From the NCBI RefSeq assembly GCF_964355755.1, contig NC_092672.1:21155237-21219236 (forward strand): 64,000 nucleotides of DNA. The letters are read 5' to 3'. Shown one piece after another: positions 23,961-38,074 of the stretch; the first letter of the stretch is position 1; each line of letters opens with the position of its first letter. The stretch is from Antedon mediterranea. Its lineage: Eukaryota > Animalia > Echinodermata. The position numbers and the translations under genes were made by a program. Below the pieces are notes generated by a model. That model was not told the origin of the DNA. It made no database searches and saw only the letters and a list, made by a program, of their open reading frames with translations.

Positions 23961-25228
23961 GCCAGGTTTATTAGTACGTACATGGACAACAATAAATAAA
24001 AATCGTTCGTAATATACCTAGCTTACTAAAACAGGAATAGTGTATCATTATTAAATATTACACCAATTATTATATCAAAATTGATTAAATTATTTTCTAC
24101 ATAGGCCTCTTATCTAGGTTAGGGCTAAGCATATTAGCTAAAGTTTAATTTTAGGCCTAGTATTACAATTGTCGGACGTAAGTCTTTTTTCACACGCGCT
24201 CCAGAATTCTGTCGCAATTTTTTTCTTTGCGGCATGTTATTGGATCGGCATATCAGTTACCTTTTATTCACCGCCAGTTATTGAACTTGTCCTAGCAATC
24301 GCTGTTCACCTTATTTGCGAGAGAGGTACACGTGTTGTTCCTAGAGAATGGAATGTCAAAAATGTCTTTGGCACGCCGCTCAGAGAGAAGTCTGTGCGTT
24401 GCTGCTGAAACCACGTGCTATAGGAGGGGAATGCACCACAATCCTCTGAGCTGAGGGCTGAATCATTCCGCTACCTGCTAAATAGTAAAGAGGGATTTTC
24501 CATCTCTCGGGTCTACCGGATCTAGGCGCAGGGGTGTGACAAAATATTATTTTCACTCTGCTATGTTCGAGAGACATGTGAGTGAACACGCTCGAAATGC
24601 CAACAAACATTGCAGTCATTTGATGAGTGTGTCGCTATAACAATTATTGTTTATCGAAAGTTGAAGACTGTCGTTCAGATTTTTGAACCGTAGTTTGGGC
24701 ACTTTTGTAAAAGTAAAATTTGACACGATATGACTTGAATGAAAAAACAATCGTTACATAAAAATAAACAACATGATGAGTGTATACACGAATCTATTTA
24801 GATACGCTTGTATCGATTGATTATTAGGTCTATAATATAGCACAATAGCACGTTAAGATATGCCTCGCACCTTTTTGAAATTGTAAACTATATGCCTCGC
24901 ACTTTTGGAAATGATAAAATGATGCCTCGCACAAATATTTGGCATGCCTCGCTTGCCTCCCGTGCCTCGCTGCCTCGCACTTTGTCAACACTCCTACATA
25001 ATACTTACTAATCCCTACTAGTCTACTATGTGCTAGGCCAGGCCTAGCCTAGGTTAAGCCTACTACTATGAGTACAGTACTACTAGGCCTAGCTAGGCCT
25101 AGCCTACTTATTATTATTAATTAATATTTATAGGCCTAATATTTAGTTGATTTAGTGTTGTAAGTCTATAGGCCTAGTAGTAGTAATATTAATACATAAA
25201 TATTGTTGTTTTTTGTTTGTTTTTTTAG

Positions 25229-25430
25229 GTCAATTAGATGAACATTGATAAATGGGATCCTTCAGGCTATTACCAGCGTTACAAACTCCACCAATGACCA
25301 AGCTAGTAGTTTAAGCGGCCAGTATATTATTGCCATGGAATTACGAGCAATTGCTCCTCAAAAACGTGGACTGGCAATTATGAGGCTGATACAGGTTTGT
25401 ATAGACTTTTTTCAAATGGGTATGTCAGTT
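25229..25430 (+). pseudogene. Probable C-terminal (BESS-like) exon of the MADF gene relic
   Basis: Strong acceptor ttttttag at 25221-25228; GQYIIAMELRAIAPQKRGLAIMRLIQVCIDF resembles MADF-associated C-terminal helices. Confidence 0.45.
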
Positions 25431-25486
25431 GGTGACATACATTGGCCAGAAAAAAATGATTTGAGCAATATGCCTTACTATAGCAA

Positions 25487-26279
25487 TTTTTAGTCGCGTG
25501 GAAGCGACTCTATAGTTCACTAAGTCGGTCGGTCGGTCTGTCTGTCTGTCTGTCGGTCTGTCTGTCTGTCTGTCGGTCCGGTATCACTATGCGTTTTATC
25601 GCTTTATGACCTTATCTTGATATCAGTTTAATCTAGCTAAGTAAATTTTTCACAGAATATTCCTTATGGCCAGGAATCGATGTGGTTATGTTTTTATGGT
25701 GCGCAATAAAAAATTACGCGGTCTACGCACGATTTAACGAAATCACGTTTGTAATCATATCTTAACAACCATGAATCACAATTAAATAAAATTTGGTACT
25801 CATAAATTTCAGGGCATAAATCATCATATGGCAATACAATTACGTGCGTAGCGCATGTAACGCATGCGTACGCGCGCTTAAAATTTTCAAAATTTATTTT
25901 CGATGAAATAAGAGTACGTTTCAGGCAATTTTAAGCGTTTACAAAATTGCCATGAGTGCGCAGATTTTTGCGCGCGCACTGCGCGTTAAATGTTATTGCG
26001 CATACTTTTTTTTCTGTTTTCTTGAATTACTTTTCAACTCGAAATTACGTTATATGAGCACGTCAAATGTGACAGGCTACGCACGTGTAAATTAAAAAAA
26101 TATAAATGTTTTTAAACATTTCAACATTTTTAAACATGTTCAGTAATTTCGGTCAGTATAGTTTACTATGTCGGTCGGTCCGTCTGTCTGTCGGTCTGTC
26201 TGTCTGTCGGTCTGTTTGTCTGTCGGTCCGGTATCACTATGAATTGTAGCACGCGACTTAATGGCTGTTGGCCTTGTTT
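25487..26279 (+). mobile_element. Helentron-associated non-autonomous element (HINE/DINE-1-like)
   Basis: T-rich ends, subTIRs AGTCGCGTG/CACGCGACT, 5' hairpin agtcgc..gcgact, two (GTCG/GTCT)n tracts, 3' ggc..gcc-ttgttt end. Confidence 0.85.
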
Positions 26280-27435
26280 AATACTTGTTTCATTTTTTTT
26301 TTAAATAGAAAATGGAAGAGATTAAGGAGGAGTTGGACTGTAACTAGTATTTATTAAGTGGTTATAGAAGGAAAGCTGAACTGAATGTCTTTTCTTTAGC
26401 AATAGAGAACACATGGAAATATATGTATATGTTTTGTTATACTCCAATACTAAAAAAATAGTCAAATTGGCTGCCAGATAATGGAATTTTTTTCATTTTA
26501 TAAGTGAAAACATAAGTTTTTTTGGGGTTTTTTTCTATGTAAGTGATTAACTTTGTTAAAACTACAAAATGGCCTATTCAAATTTGATTTTAATCATCTT
26601 CATTTTTCATGATTCTATGGGACAATACATCTTTAAGTTTAGTGTCATTTTTTGGACAAGATATATTGTCTTCCTGAAAATATAATTTAAAACATTTTCG
26701 TTGTGTGTAATACAGTATAACACTTTAGGGTTAGTTATTCACTTTTAACAATAATAATATTTCTTCAATTTTCATTTTTTTTTGGGATGATACATTTTAA
26801 ATTTATTATTTTATTTAGAAAATAAATGTGAAAACTTTACATTAATATATAGGCCTATAGTTTATATTTTGAAAGTGACAAACCCATGAAGATTCCCAGT
26901 TCGTGTTTATATGAAATGTTTTATATGGTTATAATAACCTCTGTTGATATTTGTAAGTACACCACTAATAAATACAGTCAGCAGATCACATGTACGTGTA
27001 ATCAACATGCAATAAATGCTTTAATTCTTGTAACTGTATTGATATTGGATACATCTTCTTTTTTCCTTGTGATATATACATACAATCATGCACATTTCAG
27101 GCTTTGGAAAAGAATAATATTTTCCCACCAAAACCAAACACTGTGATTGGTGTAACCAGGGAAGAGTTAAATTACATTTTAATTTAACTCTTCTCTGGTT
27201 AAACTTACATAGGAAATACTTCAGAGTCATCTTCTCTGATTATTTTTAATGTAGCATTGTATTGGCCAACACACTATCTCCTAGGCCTAGCAATCACGAC
27301 GAATCAGCACATCGTGACGCGTTTAGTGGGAACCGACAAGAAAAACTAATAGACGCATGACAATTCAACTTTCAAAGCGATCCGTCGAATGACGCATGAC
27401 GCTTCGCGGCTTCGCGTTTGGTGTGCACCGGCCTT

Positions 27436-27955
27436 TATATAATAACGTTTACGTTTCTGATGTTTTTATGCAATTTCAAATTTTTATTTTTGTGCTGTAG
27501 TTTAGTAAAACTAAATTTATCTTACCGGTTCCACCCTTTAAGAGAGAAAGATCCTACTTCCCTTCCCTTGTAGTAGAGCACCATATCAAGAATGTTAAAT
27601 AACGGGCAAGAGATGTAAATACTAAAATTGCTTGTTACAAACACTTTATTCACAGTACAATATAACAATATTACTATAAGCCCAATAGTACAGCCACATA
27701 TGTAAGGAAAACTAGCTCCAGCTTGATATTTGTGCCAAAATAGATTTTATTTGCTAACTTTGTTATTCTTAAGTTGCTGAATTCAAAAAAGTTAGGTGCC
27801 ATTTTTTTCGACCACTCCTTCAGCCGCCATTTTGTATTTCAAAATGGCCGACATTCCATACTAAACTTTGTCATCCATGGTATCATCTGAAAGGGAATGT
27901 AATACTGATCATTTTATCCCATTACATCTATATACAAAAATGCATAGTTACATAG
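27436..27955 (+). repeat. Duplication block C (other copy 62663-63184)
   Basis: Colinear match covering unique flank plus the left end of the 27692 element at the same insertion point. Confidence 0.92.
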
Positions 27956-30570
27956 TTATTTAACAATAAAACAAGTCACGTGACCAATAAAGGTCAAAAG
28001 GTCAACATTTTAATTTTCTCAAATACTTTACTGTTTGGTATCGTAGGATAGCTTTTTTATTCTGAATACAGTTTTACTAATATCTATTCAATTTTCCTTT
28101 GTTTTTTGTCATAATTTTCCAATTATGTAAATAAACTGTTTTTAAATGTACAATAAAAAAGGTCTCCTTCGTATTAAGATAAATACGGTTTTTCTTATTG
28201 GTTTTACAATTCATTCAAATGTTTGGTAACATTTATCTGGTTATAATAACAATTTCAGTGTGTGAAAATACTCTAATATAAGTTTAGTTTAACTATCAAG
28301 ATCCTCGATATGCCCGGTTTTCGCATTGCAAGTAAAAAACAAGATCAAACAACCATTGCTTTGCAGGTAAATTAGTTGCAACGCAAACATGATCTTGGAG
28401 GTAAAGTAATTGATTTTAGTACCTTTATTTGAGCAAGTTCATACAACTACTACGGCAGAAACGTAACTTTGGAAAGTAATTTAGATTTCTCTTAATTCTG
28501 CTAGTTAATGTAGTTTTATTTATAACTATATCCAGTGCAGTGGCATCTATGTTTTTTTTTCAAACATGGTTTTCTGCCAATAGCATGGTTGCATGTTGTA
28601 AGCATAGGCCTATATATATAAAGTAAATCGATAAAAAACTTGTTTCTTATTTAAATTAATTTATATACATATTCTTATATTATATATTGGATATTTGTGT
28701 GACCATAAAGGAAGGATAGAAAACAGCTCATCTATACTGTGTATAAGTAGTCGAATAATCTTCCACCGTTTCAGATGATAACATAATTATTGAATATACA
28801 ATTAAATCGGTGGCATATGCTCATACTCATTAAGAATACCAATACTAACAACAAACGGATACAATGGGATCATGCCAAAGAACAATAAAATAATAATAAT
28901 TCAAAACGCATCGATGACTGAAAAGCCGATTCCATCCCCTACCGGTGTGTGGTCGCACTTCACTCTTTAAAAAAACCCCCACTGCATTTTTGATAAATAT
29001 AACTGAGACATGCAGTAAAAGTAACAAAATTAAAATACAAATTTATAAAAGGGAATTCAATAACATAAATCGTTACATACGGTACATATTTATAAAGTGT
29101 CTGTAGTTAAAAGATTTCGTTTTTCTCAAACTAATTTGAATATTATTGCTGGAAAGTAGATATTGCTTCCCTTTTTCCCGATAAATTCTTAAAGTTAAGT
29201 TACCACAAACAAGTATAGTTTGATTAATTATTCTATGTGACTTTTGATGATAACAACGTATAGTTAGGATTTATATTGCGATAATCACAAACCATACGTA
29301 AAAATCAAAGGGAATTTTTGGACGTTAAAAATACCGTAATTCGTTTCTCTACAATATCGATTGGTAGTTTGTAAAGGTAGTAAAGGCAGCAGTAGGACAC
29401 TTACTTTTCTTTATTACGTGTAAACTGACGTTCAAAGAGAAAGGGAAAGACATGCCAATTAACATTTGCATTGTGCACAATGGCTTTATATTGTGTGGTA
29501 CCCGCTTTGACAAAAATGCAAATGATTTTGAACGCTACGCAAATGATACCGTGACCCGTAGCATTTTTTTTCTTTTTACGAAAAACAGAAATGTAAACTA
29601 CCTAAAAAAAAAAATAGATTCAGAATTTAAAAAGCTATTCAACGAAACAAAGCAAAGATGTGCTTTGACAACAGTTTATTTCACCTTTGTTCACGGACAA
29701 TAGTTATTTTGATTTTAAATTAAATAACTCGGAAACTTGACATTGAAGTTAAGTGTAATCCAGTACCGTACGGTACTTATTCAGTATTTGGATAATATAT
29801 AATATAAAACATATAAATGAACAATGACAAAGTCGAAAGAAAATCAAACAAACATTTGAATGAATGGTAAATCCAATAAGTAAAACCGTATTTATCTTAA
29901 TATGAAGGAGACTACTTTTTTCATTGTTAAAATGAGTATAGCGAGGCATTTAATGAATAGGCAAACTGCCTTAAAATGTGATATGTTTCGAGAAACTATT
30001 CTCATCATCAGAAGAACAGAAAACAACGCCTAAAGTACTTATATACCAATAGGACAGGTATGTAAATAAGGATTAGCATGATAAAACAACAAGGAACATT
30101 TAAAACAGTTTATTTACATTTTTGGAAAATTATGACAATAAACAAAGTAAAATAGAATAGATATTAGTAAAACTGTATTCAGAATAAAAAGATCTATCCA
30201 ACGATACCAAACAGTACAGTATTTTGGTGAAATTGCCTTTTAACCTTTATTGATCACGTGATTTGTTTAATTTCGCAATTACTATGTAACTATGCATTTA
30301 TTGATATGGGTGTAATGGAATAAAATAATCAGTATTACATTCCCTTTCCAATGATACCATGGATGACCAGCTTTAGTGTGGAACGTCGGCCATTTTGAAA
30401 TACAAAATTGCGGCTGAAGGAGTGGTCGAAAAAAATGGCACCTAACTTTTTTGGATTCAGCATCTCAAGAATAACAAAGTTAGCTAAAAAAATCTATTTT
30501 GGCACAAATATCGAACTGGAAGACATAATAACCCGTACTACAACGACTAGGAAACCTTTAACATGTGGCT
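27692..30570. mobile_element. Non-autonomous DNA transposon with ~450-bp TIRs
   Basis: Termini AGCCACAT/ATGTGGCT, apparent 3-bp TSD TAC; 27692-28145 is inverted at ~30098-30570. Superfamily not determined. Confidence 0.8.
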
Positions 30571-31197
30571 TACCTTTCATTGGTCATGCTTTTTAACAAC
30601 CTACCTTCAACCCCTGCGTTAGCGGCTGCGGTAACACTAACCCAGCGAATGCTATGCAGTCCAAATATACTCATTGTACCCACAGCATAAAATATCCTTA
30701 AACAGCACGGCAGCGTGAATAGGACATCTTTCTAGCATGTGGCTACTAGTTGATTTCACTGACTAAATAGTGCTAATGTGGTTCCATGCCTTCTACTCTC
30801 TATATCAGCATGTATAAAGACCTAGACCCAGGTATCTGTGTCCAACAATAGTGTCCAACCACCAATAGTTCTTGATAGTTCAAACACTGAATTATTTAAT
30901 ATTTTAAATGAACTAAAATTTACACTATGTAGTATTTTTATAAAAAATTAATAAAATATGAACTTAATGTTGATTTTCCTTTTACCTAACCTTGTATTAT
31001 TTTAGGTAAATACAGAATTTCATTTACAGTATTGTTGTACAAAACTATGGAACAATCAAGTCCTTCTGTTTCTGAATTATTTCTTGTAGATGTTAAATCT
31101 TTGATTAGTTTTACACCTTTTCACCTTCTGTCAATTATTTAAGAATTACTGACATTCAGTGATTGAAGTTTCTCCTTCATCTAATGTTCAAGCAGTA

Positions 31198-32290
31198 TCT
31201 ATATATAAATTTACGTAAGGGCAAAATTCGGTAAATCGCGCGTTACTTCTAGAATGTTTACTCGATGGTATATAAAGTTGGTTCGTACTTTCGGTACTGA
31301 TTTTAACCACCTGATGTAACCCTGTTTACTAATTAAATTGAGTCAGATAATTAGTTATTGGCAATTAAAACGAATTTAGGTTCAACGATTTGCCCCAAAT
31401 AGGGGTGTTTTCCGATCGTGGTATACACTGTCTAATGCATGTCCATCGTGAAAAATACCCGCATACAATAATACGAGGATGCTTCGCATTTTCCTATCTC
31501 CTCCTACGATAACTGTTTTTAATGGCTGAAAACCGGTTGAACAGCTCGAGTACAGCATCATAATATTGAAGACAGGCCGATTTTCTTTAAAAAAAATACT
31601 ATTTTGATAGATTTAATATACGTTTATACAAATGTATTGATTTGCAATGAATGGAACATTCCAAATTATTTCGTTTAACCATACTTGCATACCTCCATGG
31701 TTTAACACAAGTAGGTAAATTTATAGACCCTTGGAGAATAAACAGAAATAGTATTGTAATTCTATACAATACTGCAAATAGGTATTAACCACTTTTGATC
31801 GCCATTTGAATCAAAAGTGTGTTGGTATACTGTTAGATATAATATAAACAAATATACTAATAAACGTTATCACTGTGAGTGTGTGGGTAGCCCCTACTTT
31901 TAGATTATAAACACATAATAATATAATACTACTTTATTACTGTCAGTTGTTTCTCAACGTTTGTATTAATTAATAATTACAAAAATATAAACGTATTAGT
32001 GGTCTTTAAATGTACTTCACTATTTCAAACGACCATGAGACAGTGACAGTTTTAATAAAGTATTAAATCGGAAATGTTTTACTCTATTTAGTGGTATATT
32101 ATTTATAGGCCTATAAAAAAAATATTTTGTTACTGAGTGGATATAAAAGAAATATAAAGAATAATTTAATATAAAGAATATATTAAAAAATTGTTCCTCT
32201 TTGTACCTCATCCCCAACGCTCAACTCTAATGACAAGTTTCAAGGTGCTAATTTTGGTTGACTTCATAAATCATTGTGTCTATCATCTAG
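31198..32290 (+). mobile_element. Non-autonomous Helitron, copy 1
   Basis: Starts A|TCTATATATA and ends CTAG|T; homologous to 53422-54876, with the 3' hairpin deleted. Confidence 0.8.
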
Positions 32291-32599
32291 TTGTTATAAT
32301 GTTTTTTTTATTGAGAATTGTCCTATAATTTCACACATAAATTAATTATTATTATTATTTGAAATCAAAATAAAATGTACATTGACTTAGGAATGTATTT
32401 AATAATTGCCCTGATTTAATGCACAACTATTAATTTAGATTGTATACTGGCTTTTTCTTTTTATCCAAATGTACATATGAAAAACATAAGCACTCATTTT
32501 GAGGGCTTGTGATGAGTTGAAAATCAAATAACAATATTATCAAGTTAAAGTTCAAAACAATTTTTTTTGTAATGGTCAAATGAATGCAAAACAGAAAAT

Positions 32600-33700
32600 A
32601 TATTTAGGTTACATTAATTTCTTTAAAAAGTAGCATGAAAACATAAAGTGAATTACATGAATAAAGGTAATAACTATACAGGAACCAAAACTTAAAATAA
32701 ATAAATAAAATCAACAGAAATATAGACAATAGCATATTATTTTATCAGAAAAGTAGTTGGAGAGATAATGATTTTCAATTATTATATAAAAGTTTTTCTG
32801 ATTAGAAACAAGGGTTAAATCAAGACTATTCCACCTATATTTGGGGAAAACAATATTTTTTATTTAAAATAATTGCCAAACTCTGCAATCCTAAAAAAAA
32901 CATAGCAAACCTCATTTAACCAACATAAAGTGATTGAATCAGTAGTTTACAACTCACTTGGTTTGTCAATTAACAAATTTAAATATATTTTTGTTAAATA
33001 ATTAATTTTGTGGTTAAGCATCATTTTTTTGGTTTAAAAACAATATTGATAAACCTTCACCGCCCCAAACAATGTTACAATAATGTATAAGTAAAACATT
33101 TTATTTTAATTTCTTTAGAATACTAATATATTTAGATATTTTATTTGAGAAAAATTGTTGGCAGCCAATAATCTAATTAAAAGACCAAGGAATGATACTT
33201 CACTTTTTTCAATTAATTTTGCATTAAAAAATATAACAATTGTTGTGTGTAAGTTCACTAATACAATTAGTTTTAGTCGTATTAATTAATAATTAGTTTG
33301 TAGTGAATAATTTACTAACTTACTTAACTTTAAATTTAAAAAGTTCAACAAGACAATATTGTTATTAAAATATAAAGTTGTATTATCTGCATAAAAAAAT
33401 TTGTCTCAAAGATTTACTAATTATTAATTTGAAATAATGATTTCGATCTGTAAAATATCTTTTAAACCAATCTAAGAAAGGCTCCAAAATACCATAATGA
33501 AACCACTTGAAAATATCATGGTTTACAACATCAAAAGTTTTTGATAAATCTTGAAAAGTACTTTCAAAAGCAGTATTAACAGAATTAGTGAGTTCAAGAA
33601 AAGCATGACAAGTGGTATTGTATGCATACAATTTTCATTATTTTTTTGAAAAAATGGGTAAAATTAAGATTGGTATAAAAGTATCCGTTTTTAAATACAG
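32600..33700 (-). mobile_element. Highly decayed CR1-group (L2/Crack-like) LINE RT fragment
   Basis: FQDLSKTFDVVNHDI..HYGI..LDWFKRYFTDR (33383-33631 ORF) and a HYCNIVWG-like motif near 33065-33095; boundaries approximate. Confidence 0.8.
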
Positions 33701-33878
33701 GATTTACATTTAATATGATTAGGTATAGAACCCATCATGAATGATTAATTAATGGCGTATGTGAGATGGCTTATGAAGCAACCTTTTTAAGAATCATGCT
33801 CTGAACCTTTACTAGAATTCAAATTTGTAATTATATTAAGCACTTCTGTTTCAGATATAAATGGGAGGTGGTAATTAA

Positions 33879-35266
33879 GAGATTTGGTCTTTGCCATTTT
33901 AGACTATATAGAATTACAGAGTTTTACAAATGTGGCTATACTTTTTATATCTTGAAATATTTGAACTTTTATGAATTTTTAAAAGTTTATGCTAATGTTT
34001 ACTAAATTTATTTAGGTGGGTGTCATCAATAGTTGTTTTAGTGTTTTGGTTTTTTTTAACTTCAAAAAGTATATAAAAAAATGTATCCAACATTAGGATT
34101 AAGTCTACAGTTTAGACGAATCAGTTTGTCATTAATGGAATGCAGTAGAAGTAAAATTGAGAAAAATTACAAATGCAATCAATTTTTTGTATTTATAAAA
34201 ACGCCATTTTTTACGTTTTTTTTAAATTACTTTCCTTAGTTACACATAGAAATGGTTGCTAAGGTAACACTATAGGTAAAATATGAAAATTGTTGAGAAT
34301 TGTTATGAACTATCTTGTAAATTTTGATAAAACATTAATAGTTGTAGTAAAGTGGGGACCTGTCCTGTTTTGCATTCTGACCCCTTTTGACCTCAAATGA
34401 CCTATTTACAAGGTCAGATTTTTTGGGAGGTCTTTCTGTATCCCTTTACACAAAATAGATTTTAAAATTTATAAAACCATTGACGCAATTATTTCCAAGT
34501 TTAACATCATTTTCCATCAACTAAATATTTCAATGCAAAATACTGTTTTTCTGGCAATTAATTGAAATAAACCTGGCAACACATTCTCCTATTTTATCTA
34601 AACTATTCGTATGACTCTAGTAGCATTATGACAAGCCACATATACATTTTATTATTGGAATAGCCATATTTAAATTGTGTTTCATGTGTTTTGTTTGTTG
34701 ATATTTTGTTATATTTTTTGTATTTTTCGTATTTTCCTGGCAACACAAAACCTATGTACACAATTTACCCCAGTTTTTTTTGTGATTATTGTTGACAAAC
34801 CTATTGACTATCAAATTAAAAAACCTCATTGATTTAAAAACACCACTTTGGAAGTTATAGGTACGTTTATGAGGTATACTTTTATAAAAAAAATATTTTT
34901 TAAAAACACCCATTTTTAAAATAATGGTATCAACCAAACTCCATTTTGTAATTTATTTTTTTTCTACATTAAATGGAACTCAATACATGTTGTTTACACT
35001 GCTATAAACAAAAACTGTATACTGTAAGTATTTTTGGTTCAAATAAGTATACAAAGTTTGTACTTTTTCACTATAGAAAAACTGTGAAAAATGGCAAAAA
35101 CATCAAAATTTGGATAATTGACCGTTGCCATGGCAACGGAGGCTAAAAAATAAATGAATGTTGTAGATATGCTTTTTATTGAAATGTCTATTCATGGTAA
35201 AAATTTGAGAGAAATCCATTTTTTTACATCTGCCACCAAATCTTTGATTTTTACAGACAATGGCTC
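33879..35266. mobile_element. Possible TTAA-flanked GAG..CTC element (Sola3/Kolobok-like), decayed
   Basis: ttaa|gagatttggtc ... gacaaatggctc|ttaa, with internal gttgccatggcaac-type palindromes; the TIR match is weak. Confidence 0.35.
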
Positions 35267-36776
35267 TTAAAGTTTAGTTAGCAAAGTTCAAAAGGATGAA
35301 TTAAAACACCTAATAAAAACCTTAAAAAGAGGCTACAAGGATGCTTGTTTTTCTTGTCTTACCATTATTGAATAAATGTTATTAAATTGAAATTAAATTG
35401 AATTGAATTCACAACCACCACATATTTAATATACATTAATGACAAAATATGATGTTTTAATTAAGTTTATAACTAAAAATGAAAAACTACAATGTGTATT
35501 CCATGCGTACTGTATATCCATTTTTTATTGTTGCAAAGTTTCAAAATGACGCAATGAACTTTACTCCGTCCATTGGATTGAATGTTAAATTGACCAAATA
35601 TAAGTCCTGATAATGAACAGAACAGAGTATGCTCATAAGCATGCACAGATTAATATTTTGTGTAGATTACCGTATCCTTTCATTTACCGTCCCCTTTGTC
35701 TACCATCCTGTCATAAAGTCACTAGTAGGTTTTATTGTAAATTAATAGCACACTACGTGCAACAGCTAATACAGTAGTACTAATCATTGTCAGTATTTTC
35801 ATTTTTGTTGTAAATGTATAGTCAACAGAGACCTCTTAGAATCCGGCTTCTGAGTCATGTCAGTCATACATTCTACTCATTCACCCTTTACCAAAAATTT
35901 TGTATTTTTAAAATGTCTTTCTTTCCATCATATATATTCATTTATGACTGACAATTTCATTCTTATAGTTTCATTCTACTGTAAAACAATAATAGTCTCA
36001 TTGTCATTACATTCAGCCTCTTACATTAACATTCAAATTAATTCAGAATAAATACATTTGAATGATGAAGCCTAAAAAAACAAAAAACAGAATAACTAAA
36101 ATACAAATAAATTGGTATATTTCTATACTATTGTACCTTATAACACAAGAATCTCCTGTTCGTCCGAAGCGTGTAACAATTTCGAAAGGCATTGTGAGAT
36201 AGAATAGAGCTAATGGGTGGCGCCATTGTGAGCCATGGAGTAGCGCGCCCTCATCAAATTAGAAAGTCAAAATCATAGAGGGGATCTGCTAATACTATAG
36301 GGGGATAGAGTAATTGACTGAGCCCTCTATAGGAATTATTAGTTTTGACTTCCTAGTTTGGAGGGGGAGCTGCTCCATGCTGTGAAATGGCTTCGCCCAG
36401 TTTGACTTTTTAACCCTGTACATCTAGTACTACTATAAGTTCTTTGCTTTGATGTAGATGATGATACATAAAACTGTTATAAAGCCTACCAAACATACAG
36501 TGCTAGTTGAGGGTGATTATTTGCTTTTTTGTAAGCAAAGTAAATAATAGTCAACCAGAAATAAAACTTGGTTTACTAAAAACTAAGCTTTGGTTGTCAA
36601 CACAATGTAGGCGCTACGCAAGCGAGTTGATCAATAACAAGCAACAGTTTGGATAATCCATCACATTGTGATTGGTTAATTTGCTTGATTTAATTTACAA
36701 AAAAATTGGACAGACTACAGACAAATGGACAGACTAAATGTTGGGACAAATAAACTTATTACATGCAATTATTACT
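35267..36776 (+). repeat. Duplication block B (other copy 14359-15870)
   Basis: Colinear direct repeat of 14359-15870. Confidence 0.93.
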
Positions 36777-37005
36777 CAGTAATCACCTCTGTAGTCCCAT
36801 GGGTACTCTTTTAAATAGTTATTGATTACAGTGCCTTAAATTAAAATATTCTTTAAATAATAATTGTGTAAATTGATTTGACCAGGACCTTACCATGCCA
36901 ATCCATATCAATACTTTGAGTTACAATTGTAGATAATATTATATTGATATTCATTTGTAGCTATACACTAGGCTTCATTATCTTAAGATTACTAGAGTAT
37001 GCGTA

Positions 37006-37400
37006 ACAGCAGTATGATCATACACACTGTTTATATTTTGTGTGGTGTAAGGAGTACAAAGGTAGGCCTATAGCTACAGCAGTAGGTCATACTCACTGTT
37101 TATATTTTGTGTGGTGTAGTACGTACAGGGGTAGGCCTATAGCTACAGCAGTATGATCATAATCACTGTTTATATTTTGTGTGGTGTACTAGTACGTAAA
37201 GGGGTAGGCCTATAGCTACAGCAGTAGGTCATAATCACTGTTTATATTTTATGTGGTGTAGTAGGTACAGTGGTAGTCCTATACTACAGCAGTATGGTCA
37301 TAATCACTTATAGGGCTGGAAATCATTCAAATATACACACTGTTTATATTTTGTGGTGCAGTGGGTACAGTAGTATGGCTGCATCAGTGTGATCATACTC
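37006..37400 (+). repeat. Minisatellite, ~62-70-bp unit, about 5-6 copies
   Basis: acagcagta.g.tcata..cactgtttatattttgtgtggtgta..gta..ggtaggcctatagct repeated head to tail. Confidence 0.9.
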
Positions 37401-38074
37401 ACGTAGGGCTGGAAATTAAAAGTATGGTAGTATATGTGACCTGCTTTTAGTCTAGGTGACAAAGTTATTGAACTTGATTCTTCATTATGTAAACATTTAA
37501 ATATTTGAATTAATACTAAAGATTTCTTAAAACAATAATTGAATTGCACCGATACTATCAAGCAGTGATACGACCAGTTCTCCAATATGCCTGTGCTGTT
37601 TGGTCCCCGAGTTTATCCAAAGCACAATCTGACCAAATCGAACATGTCCAAAGAAGAGCGTGTAACATAATATACCCCGATGGTACCTCGTATGCTGATA
37701 CCCGCAGATACCTTAACATCATCACTCTATCTGAACGCCGCGAGAAGTTGTCAAGAAAATTCTTTGATAAAATGAAAAAAGAAGATCATATATTATACTC
37801 TCTCTTACCTAAACCTCTCACACACAACCATCAGCTCCGACGCGTAGATCGTTCACCCTCTCCAAAGTCCGGACACAACTCACAAAAAACTTTCCACGGA
37901 GTTTTCAATGATTGGTGAATGATCATAAACTGAGTTATGATAAGCAAATTGTGAACCCCTTTTGGTTTGTGTTACTGGATGTACTATGATGGCCATTGAA
38001 AGACTGATTTGTGGACTATGATATATTTTAGTATTACTTGTTTGGACTGTGTTATACTATGTTTTTTTTATATA

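Larger units (their letters stand above)
21861..24993. mobile_element. Non-autonomous Mutator/MULE-like element
   Basis: G-starting imperfect TIRs with tandem tgcgaggca subrepeats; 9-bp TSD CTACATAAT (21852-21860, 24994-25002). Confidence 0.8.
21233..27434 (+). mobile_element. Decayed PIF/Harbinger-like element carrying a MADF gene relic and several nested insertions
   Basis: Right end ..ttcgcgtttggtgtgcaccggcct|tta. Subterminal GCGAAGCCGCGAA (21233-21245) is inverted at 27403-27415. The left tip is missing. Confidence 0.6.

Noticed and set aside
24169-24619. Transposase relic inside the MULE-like element
   Set aside because: No DDE or zinc-finger motif recognisable in the frames I read.
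30408-30596. Similar ORFs at 30408 and 62876 (KEWSKKMAPNF) suggesting a gene family
   Set aside because: Both are translations of the same non-coding transposon TIR.
37006-37400. Regularly spaced repeats resembling a CRISPR array
   Set aside because: Whole units repeat head to tail with no unique spacers, there are no cas genes and the context is eukaryotic; it is a minisatellite.
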